Assembly: GCA_965243565.1 (NCBI GenBank)
Contig: OZ251571.1
Span: 1,096,704 to 1,160,703 of the forward strand
Direction of reading: 5' to 3'
DNA length: 64,000 nt
DNA from: Gammaproteobacteria bacterium
GTDB lineage: Bacteria; Pseudomonadota; Gammaproteobacteria; Tethybacterales; Persebacteraceae
Of the stretch, positions 50,441-60,381 are shown piece by piece. The first letter of the stretch is position 1. Every line of letters starts with the position of its first letter. A model generated the notes under the pieces. That model had not been told where the DNA came from and made no database searches. It saw only the letters and a program-made list of their open reading frames with translations. The position numbers were made by a program, and so were the translations under genes.

Positions 50441-51522
50441 ATAAGTTTATCAACTGGATTATCAACGCGATAATAGCTTTTAAGCGTGTTTATTAAGCAT
50501 TTAAAAAATGATGCCAATGGTATTGCAAGGAATATGCCCCATGCTCCCCAAATGCCACCAAAAAATAGTATAAAGGCAAATATGACGGATGGGTGAATAT
50601 TAATTGTTTCAGAAAATAGCAAAGGTACTAATATTTGACCATCAAGTATTTGTATAAGTAGGTGCAGCCCAAGTATCCAAGCAAATTCTGAACCAAAGCC
50701 AAATTGCAAAAAGACAAATATAGCCAATAGGACTGTAACAACAATAATACCGACAAATGGAATAAATACGGATAACCCGATAATGATTGATAACGTCAGC
50801 CCCAGTTCGACATCAAATATTAACATAATCCACCATGTGACTATACTAATAACAAAGGCTTCAAAGATTTTTCCGTGCAGATAAGAAACCAATTCGGTGT
50901 TTACATTAACGAAAAAATATTTCAATTTTTCATTATAAGGAAGTAGTTTTGATATGTAATCAATAATGATCACTTTGTCTTTTAACACAAAGAAAACGAA
51001 CATTGGCATAATCACTAAAAATATTGCAAATGAAAATATATTGCCAACCAAACTAACAGTATTGTTTAGCGCAAAAGAAGAAAATACGCCGACTATATCC
51101 GAAATATAAGTAATGACTGTTTCTTGGCTTATTTTTGCGGTGGATGGCAAGTATTCATTGATATAAACGACAATGTTATTGACGGCTTCATTTGATTTTG
51201 GTAGGCGAGTTTTTATTTCTTGTAGTTGCGATAGTAGCTTTGTCAGTGTGTACGAACCTAATATACAAGAGAAAATAACACCCAAGGTAACCACCGATAC
51301 AGCAAAAATTCTATTAAATTTAAACCTTACTATAAAAAAATCAACAAAATTTGCACAGATATAAGAAATAAGCACCATGACTAAAATAACGGCAATGTCG
51401 TCAATAAAAATCCACAAGAACAGCCCACTTCCTATGATTAGCATGTATATTTGATTGATTTCTCTATTCGCAAATAGAACAGCCAGCCATTGATTCAATT
51501 TTGTACTTGCGCGATTTTCCAT
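50437..51522 (-). CDS. AI-2E (PerM) family transporter
   Basis: LVPLLFSETINIHP...FGGIWGAWGIFLAIP C-terminal motif. Confidence 0.88.
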   Translation of the reverse strand: MENRASTKLNQWLAVLFANREINQIYMLIIGSGLFLWIFIDDIAVILVMVLISYICANFVDFFIVRFKFNRIFAVSVVTLGVIFSCILGSYTLTKLLSQLQEIKTRLPKSNEAVNNIVVYINEYLPSTAKISQETVITYISDIVGVFSSFALNNTVSLVGNIFSFAIFLVIMPMFVFFVLKDKVIIIDYISKLLPYNEKLKYFFVNVNTELVSYLHGKIFEAFVISIVTWWIMLIFDVELGLTLSIIIGLSVFIPFVGIIVVTVLLAIFVFLQFGFGSEFAWILGLHLLIQILDGQILVPLLFSETINIHPSVIFAFILFFGGIWGAWGIFLAIPLASFFKCLINTLKSYYRVDNPVDKLI

Positions 51523-51603
51523 CAGTTTTGTTTTTTTTCTTTGAAATGTCTCATAAATTTTGTAGAATCACAGCTTCTACTCAGACATGAATTATATACA
51601 AAT

Positions 51604-51870
51604 ATGCTAAAAATCAGATTATCCCGTGGAGGTGCTAAAAAACGCCCCTATTACCGAATCAATGTTACCGAAAATTCCATGCCTAGGGATGGTCGATATG
51701 TTGAAGCTATCGGCTTTTCCAACCCAATGGCTTCTGGCAAAGAAGTTGCCTTTCATCTCCAAGATGATCGTTACGCCTACTGGGAAAGCAAAGGAGCACA
51801 ACCAAGCCCTACAGTTAAGCGATTGGTTAATCAACATCGTCGTCAAAACGCCACTTCTGAAAAATCCTGA
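51604..51870 (+). CDS. rpsP: 30S ribosomal protein S16
   Basis: MLKIRLSRGGAKKRPYYRI...PRDGRYVE.IG; ATG 51604. Confidence 0.97.
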   Translation: MLKIRLSRGGAKKRPYYRINVTENSMPRDGRYVEAIGFSNPMASGKEVAFHLQDDRYAYWESKGAQPSPTVKRLVNQHRRQNATSEKS

Positions 51871-52381
51871 TAATTTTATCAACTTAGGCCGTTTTGGTGC
51901 ACCACACGGTGTCCACGGTCTAATTAATGTTGATATTTTTTCACGTACACCAGAATTTATTGCCAGCCAACGGCTGTGGTGGGTGTTGCCAGCCAACGCG
52001 ACAGATTGGATAACAGTTGATGTTTTGTCTTGTCTGCCGCATGGAAAGCGATGGCTTGTTAAAATAAAAGACGTCAATGACCGCAACGATGCCGACAAAT
52101 GGTGTCATAGTCAGTTGGGCATACGTCGCGATGACCTCCCCCCCATTGAAGACAGCACCGAATTCTATTGGCACGACTTAATCGGGCTGAATGTCAGGAA
52201 TAAAAATAAGCAAGATTTAGGCGAGGTCGTTGGTTTAATCGAATCAGTGAATCACGATATTCTTGAAGTCAAAGAACCGACAACAAAAGATATATTACTC
52301 ATTCCTTATCATCGGCTCTACGTGTTGGATGTTAATTTAACCAATGGCTGTATTGATGTGGATTGGCAGATTGATTGGTAA
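51857..52381 (+). CDS. rimM: Ribosome maturation factor RimM
   Basis: LGRFGAPHGVHG, EFYWHDLIG and LLIPY motifs. Start uncertain: CTG 51857 is proposed; the next canonical start is at 51764, inside rpsP. Confidence 0.88.
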   Translation: MKNPDNFINLGRFGAPHGVHGLINVDIFSRTPEFIASQRLWWVLPANATDWITVDVLSCLPHGKRWLVKIKDVNDRNDADKWCHSQLGIRRDDLPPIEDSTEFYWHDLIGLNVRNKNKQDLGEVVGLIESVNHDILEVKEPTTKDILLIPYHRLYVLDVNLTNGCIDVDWQIDW

Positions 52382-52383
52382 CC

Positions 52384-53064
52384 ATGCGCATTGATGTCAT
52401 TACTTTGTTTCCTGATATGTTTAGCGGTTTTAATAACATGGGTGTCATTGGTAGAGCCATACAAAAAAATATTATTAAAATAAATTTTACATCGCCCCGA
52501 CAATTTGCACCGCTGCCGCATCGAATTGTTGATGACAAACCTTATGGCGGCGGTGCCGGCATGGTAATGATGGCACAACCCATTATCGATAGCATCGATC
52601 ATGTAGTGCAAGAAAACCCCAATGCCACACGCATTTATCTAACCCCTCGTGGCAAATTATTTGACGATAAATCAGCACGTGATTTTGCACAGCACGATGG
52701 CTTTATTTTTTTATGTGGACGTTATCGTGGTATCGACGAGCGAGCAGTAGAGTATTTTGCAGGCACAGAAGTATCAGTGGGCGATTATGTTTTATCAGGC
52801 GGCGAAGTTGCTGCAATGGCAATAATCGATTCTATTTCACGTTATATCCCCACTGTTTTAGGCAATCAAAATTCATTACACGAAGAATCATTTGTCAATA
52901 ATTTATTGGACTCTCCTTGTTACACCCGACCAGAAACCATTTTAGACAAAAAAGTACCGAGGATATTATTACAAGGCAATCATCTTGAAATTGCCAAGTG
53001 GCGACTAAAAGCACAACAAAAAATCACCTCTGAAAAACGTCCTGATTTATTTCTACAAAAGTAA
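52384..53064 (+). CDS. trmD: tRNA (guanine-N1)-methyltransferase
   Basis: [21 protein letters not shown] and [11 protein letters not shown]. Confidence 0.97.
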   Translation: MRIDVITLFPDMFSGFNNMGVIGRAIQKNIIKINFTSPRQFAPLPHRIVDDKPYGGGAGMVMMAQPIIDSIDHVVQENPNATRIYLTPRGKLFDDKSARDFAQHDGFIFLCGRYRGIDERAVEYFAGTEVSVGDYVLSGGEVAAMAIIDSISRYIPTVLGNQNSLHEESFVNNLLDSPCYTRPETILDKKVPRILLQGNHLEIAKWRLKAQQKITSEKRPDLFLQK

Positions 53065-53249
53065 TACTCAACCACTATTTGCAATTCAAAACAGTGATTG
53101 GCAAGGGGACAAACACTCACCATCGCACTATAATCATTGATATAAGTAAAAAACAAAATAACAATGAATTTATGCAAGCCATTAACATTGGATTATTCAA
53201 CGCCTTTTTACTTTATAATGTTGCTTTCCATTTGCCATTTAAAAATATC

Positions 53250-53456
53250 ATGAAAAAAGAAATTCATCCCGTTTATAATTCCATCAACGTGCGTTGCAAC
53301 TGTGGTAACACGCTTACCATTCGTTCGGTACTAGAACAAGAAAATTTAGAACTTGACATCTGCTCAAATTGTCACCCATTTTATACTGGTAAGCAAAAAT
53401 TGGTTGATACTTCTGGACGAGTCGAGCGTTTTCGTCGTCGTTTTGCTCAAAACTAA
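53250..53456 (+). CDS. rpmE: 50S ribosomal protein L31 (Zn-binding type)
   Basis: [21 protein letters not shown] and GRVERF. Confidence 0.96.
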   Translation: MKKEIHPVYNSINVRCNCGNTLTIRSVLEQENLELDICSNCHPFYTGKQKLVDTSGRVERFRRRFAQN

Positions 53457-53506
53457 ATTAGTTTACTTATATCTAATTCGGACAGCAGTCGCCCATATTT
53501 AAGTGT

Positions 53507-55129
53507 ATGGGATGGTTTACTTCTAAAAAAATAATTATCAGACCGCGTACAGCGGCAGGGGATATTTTTGACTTTGCCCCCCCGAAAGCGGTGCGCCCGA
53601 TTCCACCTCTTAAATCTTTTTTGTTTTTTATCATCATCCTACTGTGGATGAGTTTTGGTATTTTCGACAGAGATCCATGGAAGCCAGAAGAAACATTTTT
53701 ATCAGCAATCGCATTGCAAATGTCACAAACGGGGTTGGTATTAAACCCGATGTTACTCGGTGAGTTTTTTACAAACCACCCGCCTTTGTATTTATGGATT
53801 ATCTCTTTATTTGCTAATAGTACTCCACTAGAAATTCACGAAGGCGCAAGACTATCCAACATTGCCATTTTATCTCTTGCGTTTTATTTTATATTTTATA
53901 GCACCAAAAAAAATTATGGAATTCGTATTGGCTGGCTTTCTGTTTTATTGGTTATTGGTACCGTTGGATTTCTTATTCGAGGGCATCAACTCAATTTTGG
54001 CATTGCCGCTTTTGTTGGAGTTGCCATTGTTATCTATGGCTATACCATTGCTTCCAATCGACTAATTTATAACACTTATTCGTCACTTAAAGGCGTTTTT
54101 GCCATTAGTGCAGGTGTTCTATTTTTACTGTTTTCTATCGGTATATTTGCCGCTTTTGCAACATTAATCGCAGTTTGTTTGCATTTCTTTAGACAAAAAT
54201 CACTGCTGTTTTTACTTCCTTTTATACTGGTTATTATAATGCCAGCGGCATTATGGGTAACGTCCGATACCCTTGCGTATAAACCCAGACAAGAACTATT
54301 TATCTTGTCAGATAATTTAGATCTGCCAAAACATTTTACTAATTACTTAATTTTAGTGGCGTGGTCGTTGTTTCCCACATTGCCTTTGGCAATTATAGCG
54401 GTGCGGTTACAATCACAAAAAAACGATGGCTTTTTTAATTTCTTAATCACACTCAGTTGCCTGCTTTTTGCTTATACTTTTATACTGGACACAAACGAAG
54501 AAAATTTATTTATTCTATTGCCTAGCATTACCATATTAGCCGCTCGTGCCTTGCAAAAAACTTCTGATAACACGGGCTATATCTTGGATGCATTTGCCTT
54601 TTTGGTAGTGGGCTTACTGCTGGTTGTAGGAATATGGTTATTTACACTGTCAATGCTTAGCGGTGTAAATTGGTTTGACAGTTCAATTTCAGAAATATTC
54701 GGTGAATTTGATTTTATTTATCCAAATGTGATAAAAATAATAGCAGCAGTTGCATTAACCTTGTTATGGATTAAACTGCTTTTTCGTTCTCGTCGCTCAA
54801 ATGAAAGAGCCATTGTTAATTGGTCTTGTGGCGTTACTGTGGCTTGGATATTATTTTGCTTGTTGCTGTTACCTTCGTTTGATGCCAGAAAATCGTATCG
54901 CTCCATTGGTACTGCTATTTATAACCATACTGAAGGTAACTGCATAGAAGCAACAAATATTAATAAACATCTTCGTTCTCAATTGGTTTATTTTGGTAAT
55001 ATCATCGCTACTACCAATGCCAATACCCAAGCGCAATGCTCATTTTTATTATCACAAGACAAACAAGGAAACGTTGTTTGGCAAGGTGGGCGCATTAATC
55101 ACAACCAATACTATCTTATAAAACGGTAA
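53507..55129 (+). CDS. ArnT/PMT (GT39-like) membrane glycosyltransferase
   Basis: RDPWKPEE and GEFFTNHPPLY N-terminal motifs, many TM helices. Confidence 0.7.
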   Translation: MGWFTSKKIIIRPRTAAGDIFDFAPPKAVRPIPPLKSFLFFIIILLWMSFGIFDRDPWKPEETFLSAIALQMSQTGLVLNPMLLGEFFTNHPPLYLWIISLFANSTPLEIHEGARLSNIAILSLAFYFIFYSTKKNYGIRIGWLSVLLVIGTVGFLIRGHQLNFGIAAFVGVAIVIYGYTIASNRLIYNTYSSLKGVFAISAGVLFLLFSIGIFAAFATLIAVCLHFFRQKSLLFLLPFILVIIMPAALWVTSDTLAYKPRQELFILSDNLDLPKHFTNYLILVAWSLFPTLPLAIIAVRLQSQKNDGFFNFLITLSCLLFAYTFILDTNEENLFILLPSITILAARALQKTSDNTGYILDAFAFLVVGLLLVVGIWLFTLSMLSGVNWFDSSISEIFGEFDFIYPNVIKIIAAVALTLLWIKLLFRSRRSNERAIVNWSCGVTVAWILFCLLLLPSFDARKSYRSIGTAIYNHTEGNCIEATNINKHLRSQLVYFGNIIATTNANTQAQCSFLLSQDKQGNVVWQGGRINHNQYYLIKR

Positions 55130-55133
55130 ATTT

Positions 55134-55739
55134 ATGCCACTATTAACCCTAAGCAGCATTAAAACGGCGGAAGCCGAAATCAGTAAAAATGATGTTATTA
55201 TGGGACAACTAATCCTACGTAACTGCCCGCTTACGCTAAAAGACAGCCATACGCCGTTTGAGCATATTGCAACCTCTATTATTAATCAACAGCTTTCACA
55301 AAAAGCCGCTGCCACCATAGAAAACCGAATTTTAGCGATTACGCCTATGCAAAGTGATCTCATTTTAAAAATTAAAGATGATACGCTGCGCAATGCTGGC
55401 ATGTCATGGCGCAAAATTGGTTATCTTAAAACACTTGCCACTGCCGATATTGATGGACACTTAGACATCGCTCTACTCAAAAAAATGGACAATGAAACTG
55501 TTATTTGCCATCTCTGTAAATTAAAAGGCATTGGACGATGGACTGCTGAAATGTTTTTAATGTTTGCGTTACGCCGTTCAGACGTCGTTGCTTTAGACGA
55601 TGCTGGCTTACAACGGGCAGCAAAAATACACTATGATAAAGACACCACTGACAGTAAGGCTTTATTAGAAAAAATAGCAATCCACTGGCAGCCGTGGCAA
55701 ACCGTTGCCTGCTGGTACTTGTGGCGGTCATTAGAGTAA
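55134..55739 (+). CDS. DNA-3-methyladenine glycosylase II (AlkA family)
   Basis: IINQQLSQKAA, LKGIGRWTAEM HhH motif and WQPWQT.A.WYLW. Confidence 0.9.
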   Translation: MPLLTLSSIKTAEAEISKNDVIMGQLILRNCPLTLKDSHTPFEHIATSIINQQLSQKAAATIENRILAITPMQSDLILKIKDDTLRNAGMSWRKIGYLKTLATADIDGHLDIALLKKMDNETVICHLCKLKGIGRWTAEMFLMFALRRSDVVALDDAGLQRAAKIHYDKDTTDSKALLEKIAIHWQPWQTVACWYLWRSLE

Positions 55740-55753
55740 ATGCAAAAATCCCG

Positions 55754-56524
55754 TCAAGGAGCCAGTGTTTCAGTATGGCCATCAATACAAAGCGACTGCC
55801 CTGATACTTTATTGGCTTGCTGTGAACAAACAAAAAGTGCCATATTAGCAACATCGTCTGCACTCACCCATGTTTTTAAAGACACGCCTTTTACATAGAG
55901 CTGCCTGATTTCGTCTTCACTTATACCGCGCGCTTTGGCTTCGTTTTTAACCACTCTATCCATACGATCGCCTTCTACAGCACCGGGACATAAGGCATTA
56001 ACACGAATACCTCTATCTCCCAATTCCATCGCCAAGGTTTTCATTAGACCAATAATACCCCATTTGGCAGTGGCATAGGGTGAACGCATTGGATAGCCCG
56101 CTATACCGGCGGTTGATGATGTCAGTAAAATGGCACCGCCACGTGACATCATGCCCACGGCGTGTTTGGTGGCAAGAAAAGCACCATCTAAATTAACTGC
56201 TAGGCATTGCCGCCAATCGCCATGGCTGATATCTTCAATACGTCCAGCCGGGCCGCCCGTTCCTGCATTGGCACATAAAACATCAATATTGCCCCACCGT
56301 GCTTTTATCGTTGCAAAAAATGATTCCATATCTTTTTCACAACATACATCAACCGTTTGCGCTATCATATCTGGATATTGGCTCTGAAAATTTGCTACTG
56401 CATTGGCATCAATATCGCACACAGCCACCTTTTCTCCTATTTGCATAAACGCTTTTGCCATTGCCAAGCCAAGACCAGCAGCCCCTGCTGTAATAACAAT
56501 AGTGCGATTGGTTTTATCAGACAT
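55754..56524 (-). CDS. SDR family oxidoreductase
   Basis: TAGAAGLG, NAG and YATAK motifs. Confidence 0.93.
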   Translation of the reverse strand: MSDKTNRTIVITAGAAGLGLAMAKAFMQIGEKVAVCDIDANAVANFQSQYPDMIAQTVDVCCEKDMESFFATIKARWGNIDVLCANAGTGGPAGRIEDISHGDWRQCLAVNLDGAFLATKHAVGMMSRGGAILLTSSTAGIAGYPMRSPYATAKWGIIGLMKTLAMELGDRGIRVNALCPGAVEGDRMDRVVKNEAKARGISEDEIRQLYVKGVSLKTWVSADDVANMALFVCSQQANKVSGQSLCIDGHTETLAP

Positions 56525-56544
56525 AATGCCTCCTTTTTTTTATA

Positions 56545-57270
56545 TTATTGTTTGGTTGATAATGCGGCAACGGTTTGTTCAATTGACAGCTGTCCCGGCG
56601 CACTGTTTTTTCCTTTAGAAGCAAAGGCAATGCACGAACCGTATTGCGGGAGTTGCTTACGGGCGTGTATGGCAGTGGCGTTATCCGTGCCATCACTCAT
56701 GCCAATAACGACGCTTAACTGGTTGTTTTGTTTGCATTGTTTGGCAAATGTTTCTAGGGTGTTGTAATCGGTGTCTTGCAAACACAATGATGCCGTTTTA
56801 AAAACATCGACTCCCAAGTCTTGTGATTTTTGCATGGATTTTTGCATGGATGACAAAGATTCTGGCGCCGTAAAATTATGGTGAGAAGCAATGACGATTC
56901 GCTGTGCATCGTGTGCCGATTGTATGACGGGGAGAATTATCGTACTCGCTGATAATTCTATATCGACTGCCGAACAGCTGTACATCAGTGTTTGATAATA
57001 AAAAAGACGCTCATCTTCGCTTTTGTGCCATTGCCCACCTTCTCGGGCAGTACGAATAGTTAAAATAGTGGGCAAAGCAGCAGTGATGGTTTGACAAAAT
57101 TGTTTTGCCTGATGAACGTCCATATCATCGGCTAAATCAAGGCGAATTTCGGCAATTTCCATACCCAATTGCTGCCACGTGCTTAATTTTTTTACATCAT
57201 CAGTTTGCCATACACTGGCAACCACTCGTGCTTTATTGACAGATAAAGGCAAATGACCAATCGATGTCAT
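56545..57270 (-). CDS. aroD: Type I 3-dehydroquinate dehydratase
   Basis: EIRLD, TIRTAREGG, VDIEL, SHHNF, K.A and APGQ motifs; ATGA overlap with the upstream gene. Confidence 0.78.
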   Translation of the reverse strand: MTSIGHLPLSVNKARVVASVWQTDDVKKLSTWQQLGMEIAEIRLDLADDMDVHQAKQFCQTITAALPTILTIRTAREGGQWHKSEDERLFYYQTLMYSCSAVDIELSASTIILPVIQSAHDAQRIVIASHHNFTAPESLSSMQKSMQKSQDLGVDVFKTASLCLQDTDYNTLETFAKQCKQNNQLSVVIGMSDGTDNATAIHARKQLPQYGSCIAFASKGKNSAPGQLSIEQTVAALSTKQ

Positions 57271-58718
57271 TGTCGTAAAAAATGCACATTCAGAAAATCC
57301 AGAGTCCAAGCCACACCAAAACCAGTGAGTGGCCCAGACAATGCTCCCAAACCGCCATCACACGATACGGCAGATAAATCCATGTGTATCCAATTGGGGT
57401 CGTTTTCGATAAATTCGCGTAGAAACAAAGCGGCTCGAATATGATCGGCTTCGCCTTTTTCGGCACATTGTTTAATATCGGCTACTTTGCTTTCTAAACT
57501 GTCTTTGTAGTCATCAGGCATAGGAAAATAGCACAAGCGTTCGCCACTGTTTTTAGCAGCCACGAAACTGCTGCTATGTTGTTTTTCGCAGCTCGCAAAA
57601 AAACCACTCATGCGTTCTGCCAACGCCACATGCATCGTACCGGTTAGGGTGGCATAGCTAATGATGGTATCGGGTTTGTCACGACTGGTTAGCGTCAATG
57701 TATCGGCGAGAATCATCCGCCCTTCCGCATCGGTATGAATAATTTCAATACGTTTGCCGTTTAGTGCGGTAATAACCTCATCAGGGCGATAAGCATTGGG
57801 CCCAACGTCGTTTTCTACAATGGCTATCCATGCATCTACCCCAAGGGCTATTTTTGATTGGGCAATGGCAGCAATAGATGCCAATACAGTGGCACCGCCT
57901 GCCATGTCTTTACTCATACCACGCATATAATTGGCTGGCTTTAAATTTATGCCACCTGTATCAAAGCAAACGCCTTTGCCCACCAATGCCACACGTTTTT
58001 TATCTTTAGGGCGATACGACAAACGAATAATAGCGGGCGGTTTATCAATACTACCACGCCCAACAGCGAGGATTGCACCTGCGCCCATTGCTTGTAATTG
58101 CTTTTGAGAATAGACAGTGGTGCGTAATCCGTAGGCTTTACCAAACTTGCGACAGACTGCTAAAAAATCATTGGAAGATAATTCATTAGGGGGCAAATAA
58201 GTTAAACGACGGGCAACTGTATTGGCGTGTGCTGTTATAGCTGTTGTTTGTAATGCGACACGAGCACAGCCGGCAATGGTTAGTTTAACCTCGTCTTTTT
58301 TATTAGAGGTATCAGGCGATAACGATGGCATCGATACCAAAGCGGTATAGACACTGTTTTGTACAGCAGTGGTGCTTTGCACACGGATATCAAGTGCCAA
58401 CTTGCTAGACGATAAACTCAATGCCAACTCGAACGCCCGACGCAGTTTTTCGTAACTGGCAAAGGTATCCCATTTGTCATCCCACGTTATTTGGACAACG
58501 GCTGTACCTTTGTTTAGTGTTATTACTGGCAGCTCTTGGGCAACTTTTTTGCGACGACCTTTGACTGCATTAATCAGCTCGGCAAAAGGGGCTTCGGTGG
58601 ATGTATCGACAATTTGCAATACGACATCGTATTTACTGTATTGATCTTCAGCCAGTACTTTACTCTGTTTTGTCCATGCTTGCGTCCGATCGATTGATTG
58701 GAATAATGATGTAGCCAT
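57267..58718 (-). CDS. M17 leucyl aminopeptidase family protein
   Basis: GKGVCFDTGG, KDMAGGA, HTDAEGR and ATLTG. Confidence 0.92.
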   Translation of the reverse strand: MATSLFQSIDRTQAWTKQSKVLAEDQYSKYDVVLQIVDTSTEAPFAELINAVKGRRKKVAQELPVITLNKGTAVVQITWDDKWDTFASYEKLRRAFELALSLSSSKLALDIRVQSTTAVQNSVYTALVSMPSLSPDTSNKKDEVKLTIAGCARVALQTTAITAHANTVARRLTYLPPNELSSNDFLAVCRKFGKAYGLRTTVYSQKQLQAMGAGAILAVGRGSIDKPPAIIRLSYRPKDKKRVALVGKGVCFDTGGINLKPANYMRGMSKDMAGGATVLASIAAIAQSKIALGVDAWIAIVENDVGPNAYRPDEVITALNGKRIEIIHTDAEGRMILADTLTLTSRDKPDTIISYATLTGTMHVALAERMSGFFASCEKQHSSSFVAAKNSGERLCYFPMPDDYKDSLESKVADIKQCAEKGEADHIRAALFLREFIENDPNWIHMDLSAVSCDGGLGALSGPLTGFGVAWTLDFLNVHFLRQ

Positions 58719-59098
58719 TATAATTGCCCTGCTTCGGTTAACACCTTACGCGCTACTCGAAAACATTCCAACGATTGCGGCACCCCGCAATAGATACCAA
58801 TAACATGAATAATGGCACGGATTTCATCTTTGCTGACGCCATTTTTTATCGCACCTTTACAATGTATTTCCCATTCATGCATTTTGCCTAAAGCACCAAT
58901 CATCGCTAAATTCATCATCGAGCGGGTTTTGGCATCAATCGTTTCATCGCCCCAACCAAAGCCCCAGCACCATGCGGTCATTGCTTCTTGAAAAGGACGA
59001 GTAAAATCGTCTGCTGCCTCTAGGTTTTTTTCAACGTAGTTGGCACCAAGTGTTGCTTTGCGTTGTTCTAATCCTTTTTCAAATAAACTATCATCCAT
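58718..59098 (-). CDS. Carboxymuconolactone decarboxylase family protein
   Basis: GLEQRKATLG..YV, WG, RSMMNLAMI and YCGVP motifs. Confidence 0.88.
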   Translation of the reverse strand: MDDSLFEKGLEQRKATLGANYVEKNLEAADDFTRPFQEAMTAWCWGFGWGDETIDAKTRSMMNLAMIGALGKMHEWEIHCKGAIKNGVSKDEIRAIIHVIGIYCGVPQSLECFRVARKVLTEAGQL

Positions 59099-59109
59099 GT
59101 CTTTTTTTC

Positions 59110-60237
59110 CTATTTTATGTTAATGGTGTTTTCTTCTACAGCACTGCGCATCCATTGTTGTAAGTAACGAATCGAATGTTCTGAATTAACCCCACAAGCG
59201 GGGTTTAGTACCAATGGACCCGGATTATAACCACGACTTTTCATGCCACGATGTACGGATTCTACCAAACCTATGTCTTCTGCCACGGTGGTTTCGCGAT
59301 CTTGCTTTGCCAATTGGCGAATAAAAGCGGACTCCTCGCCAGAAATACTATACCAGCCCCGCCAAACCGCTACTTTATCAACGCCTTGCGGTCGCCAATG
59401 GTAGGTATTGAGCACATTGCCCGGATACACCTGAAACGAGAACATCGGCCATAAAAACCACGAACTATACGAGCCTGCATACGGATTGGCATTTAAATCT
59501 ATTGGATACGACATTTTTTCTAGGTTTTGGCATTCAGTGGTGTGTCGTAAACAATAACCTTGCGGTTGAATATCATACGTTTCTGGCTTAACAACGCCAC
59601 TAGAAAAAGTAGGATGATTGGTTAAACAATGATAGCATTCCGAATAATTTTCCACCGAAATTTTCCAATTGCAATTCTCGGGAACTTCAAGCCATTGTAA
59701 TGGTTTGAGTTGTTTGATAGTCGGCACATATTTTGACAATTGCTCTCTTGCTTGCAAAAACCAGTCGTCCATTGGCTTGGCATCTTTGTTTAAATTAACA
59801 AAAATAAAGCCGCAAAAATCTTCGACTGCTATTTCAGATAATTTAATTTTATCTTTGTCAAAACCAACCACATTCTGAATATGAGGAGCCGTTTTAAACT
59901 TTCCATTTAACTCATACGCCCACGAATGATACGGACATGTAATATAACGCACATTGCCCTCACCTTGTAATAATTGGTGTGCACGATGTTGGCACACATT
60001 ATAAAAAGCTTGGATTTTGTCATTGGCAGAACGAATGCAAAAAATACTCTCTTCGGCAATTTTTAGCGTTAGGTAATCGCCCACATTGGCAAGACTTGAA
60101 CCATGCCCCGCAAACTGCCACGTAGTCGCCATTAGAGAATCTCGCTCTCGAATATAATAATTGGCGTCGGTATAGTAAGACGCTGCAAGCGAATGAATAA
60201 CGCCGTTATCCCCGCTATTTTCACACTCTACTATCAT
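59110..60237 (-). CDS. Rieske non-heme iron oxygenase alpha subunit (choline/carnitine/betaine oxygenase-like)
   Basis: CQH-X-CPYH Rieske motif and NWK..VENYSECYHC..NH mononuclear Fe site. Confidence 0.9.
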   Translation of the reverse strand: MIVECENSGDNGVIHSLAASYYTDANYYIRERDSLMATTWQFAGHGSSLANVGDYLTLKIAEESIFCIRSANDKIQAFYNVCQHRAHQLLQGEGNVRYITCPYHSWAYELNGKFKTAPHIQNVVGFDKDKIKLSEIAVEDFCGFIFVNLNKDAKPMDDWFLQAREQLSKYVPTIKQLKPLQWLEVPENCNWKISVENYSECYHCLTNHPTFSSGVVKPETYDIQPQGYCLRHTTECQNLEKMSYPIDLNANPYAGSYSSWFLWPMFSFQVYPGNVLNTYHWRPQGVDKVAVWRGWYSISGEESAFIRQLAKQDRETTVAEDIGLVESVHRGMKSRGYNPGPLVLNPACGVNSEHSIRYLQQWMRSAVEENTINIK

Positions 60238-60381
60238 TGCAAAAACTCCCCCGTTTATACCATTCTATAACTCGTTATTTATGATTATATTATACTGCTA
60301 TTATTTTCTTGCAATCTAAATAATGAAACCCTGCCACCCAATAAGCTTTGCACTGCATTCAAAATTTTGCGCTCCGTTTTT

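Noticed and set aside
51490-51856. Long N-terminal extensions of rpsP, and rimM start at 51626
   Set aside because: These are longest-ORF artefacts; family homology begins at 51604 and about 51857.
53160-53249. Possible rplS remnant (ATGAATTTA...)
   Set aside because: No L19-like residues in any frame beyond a chance MNL.
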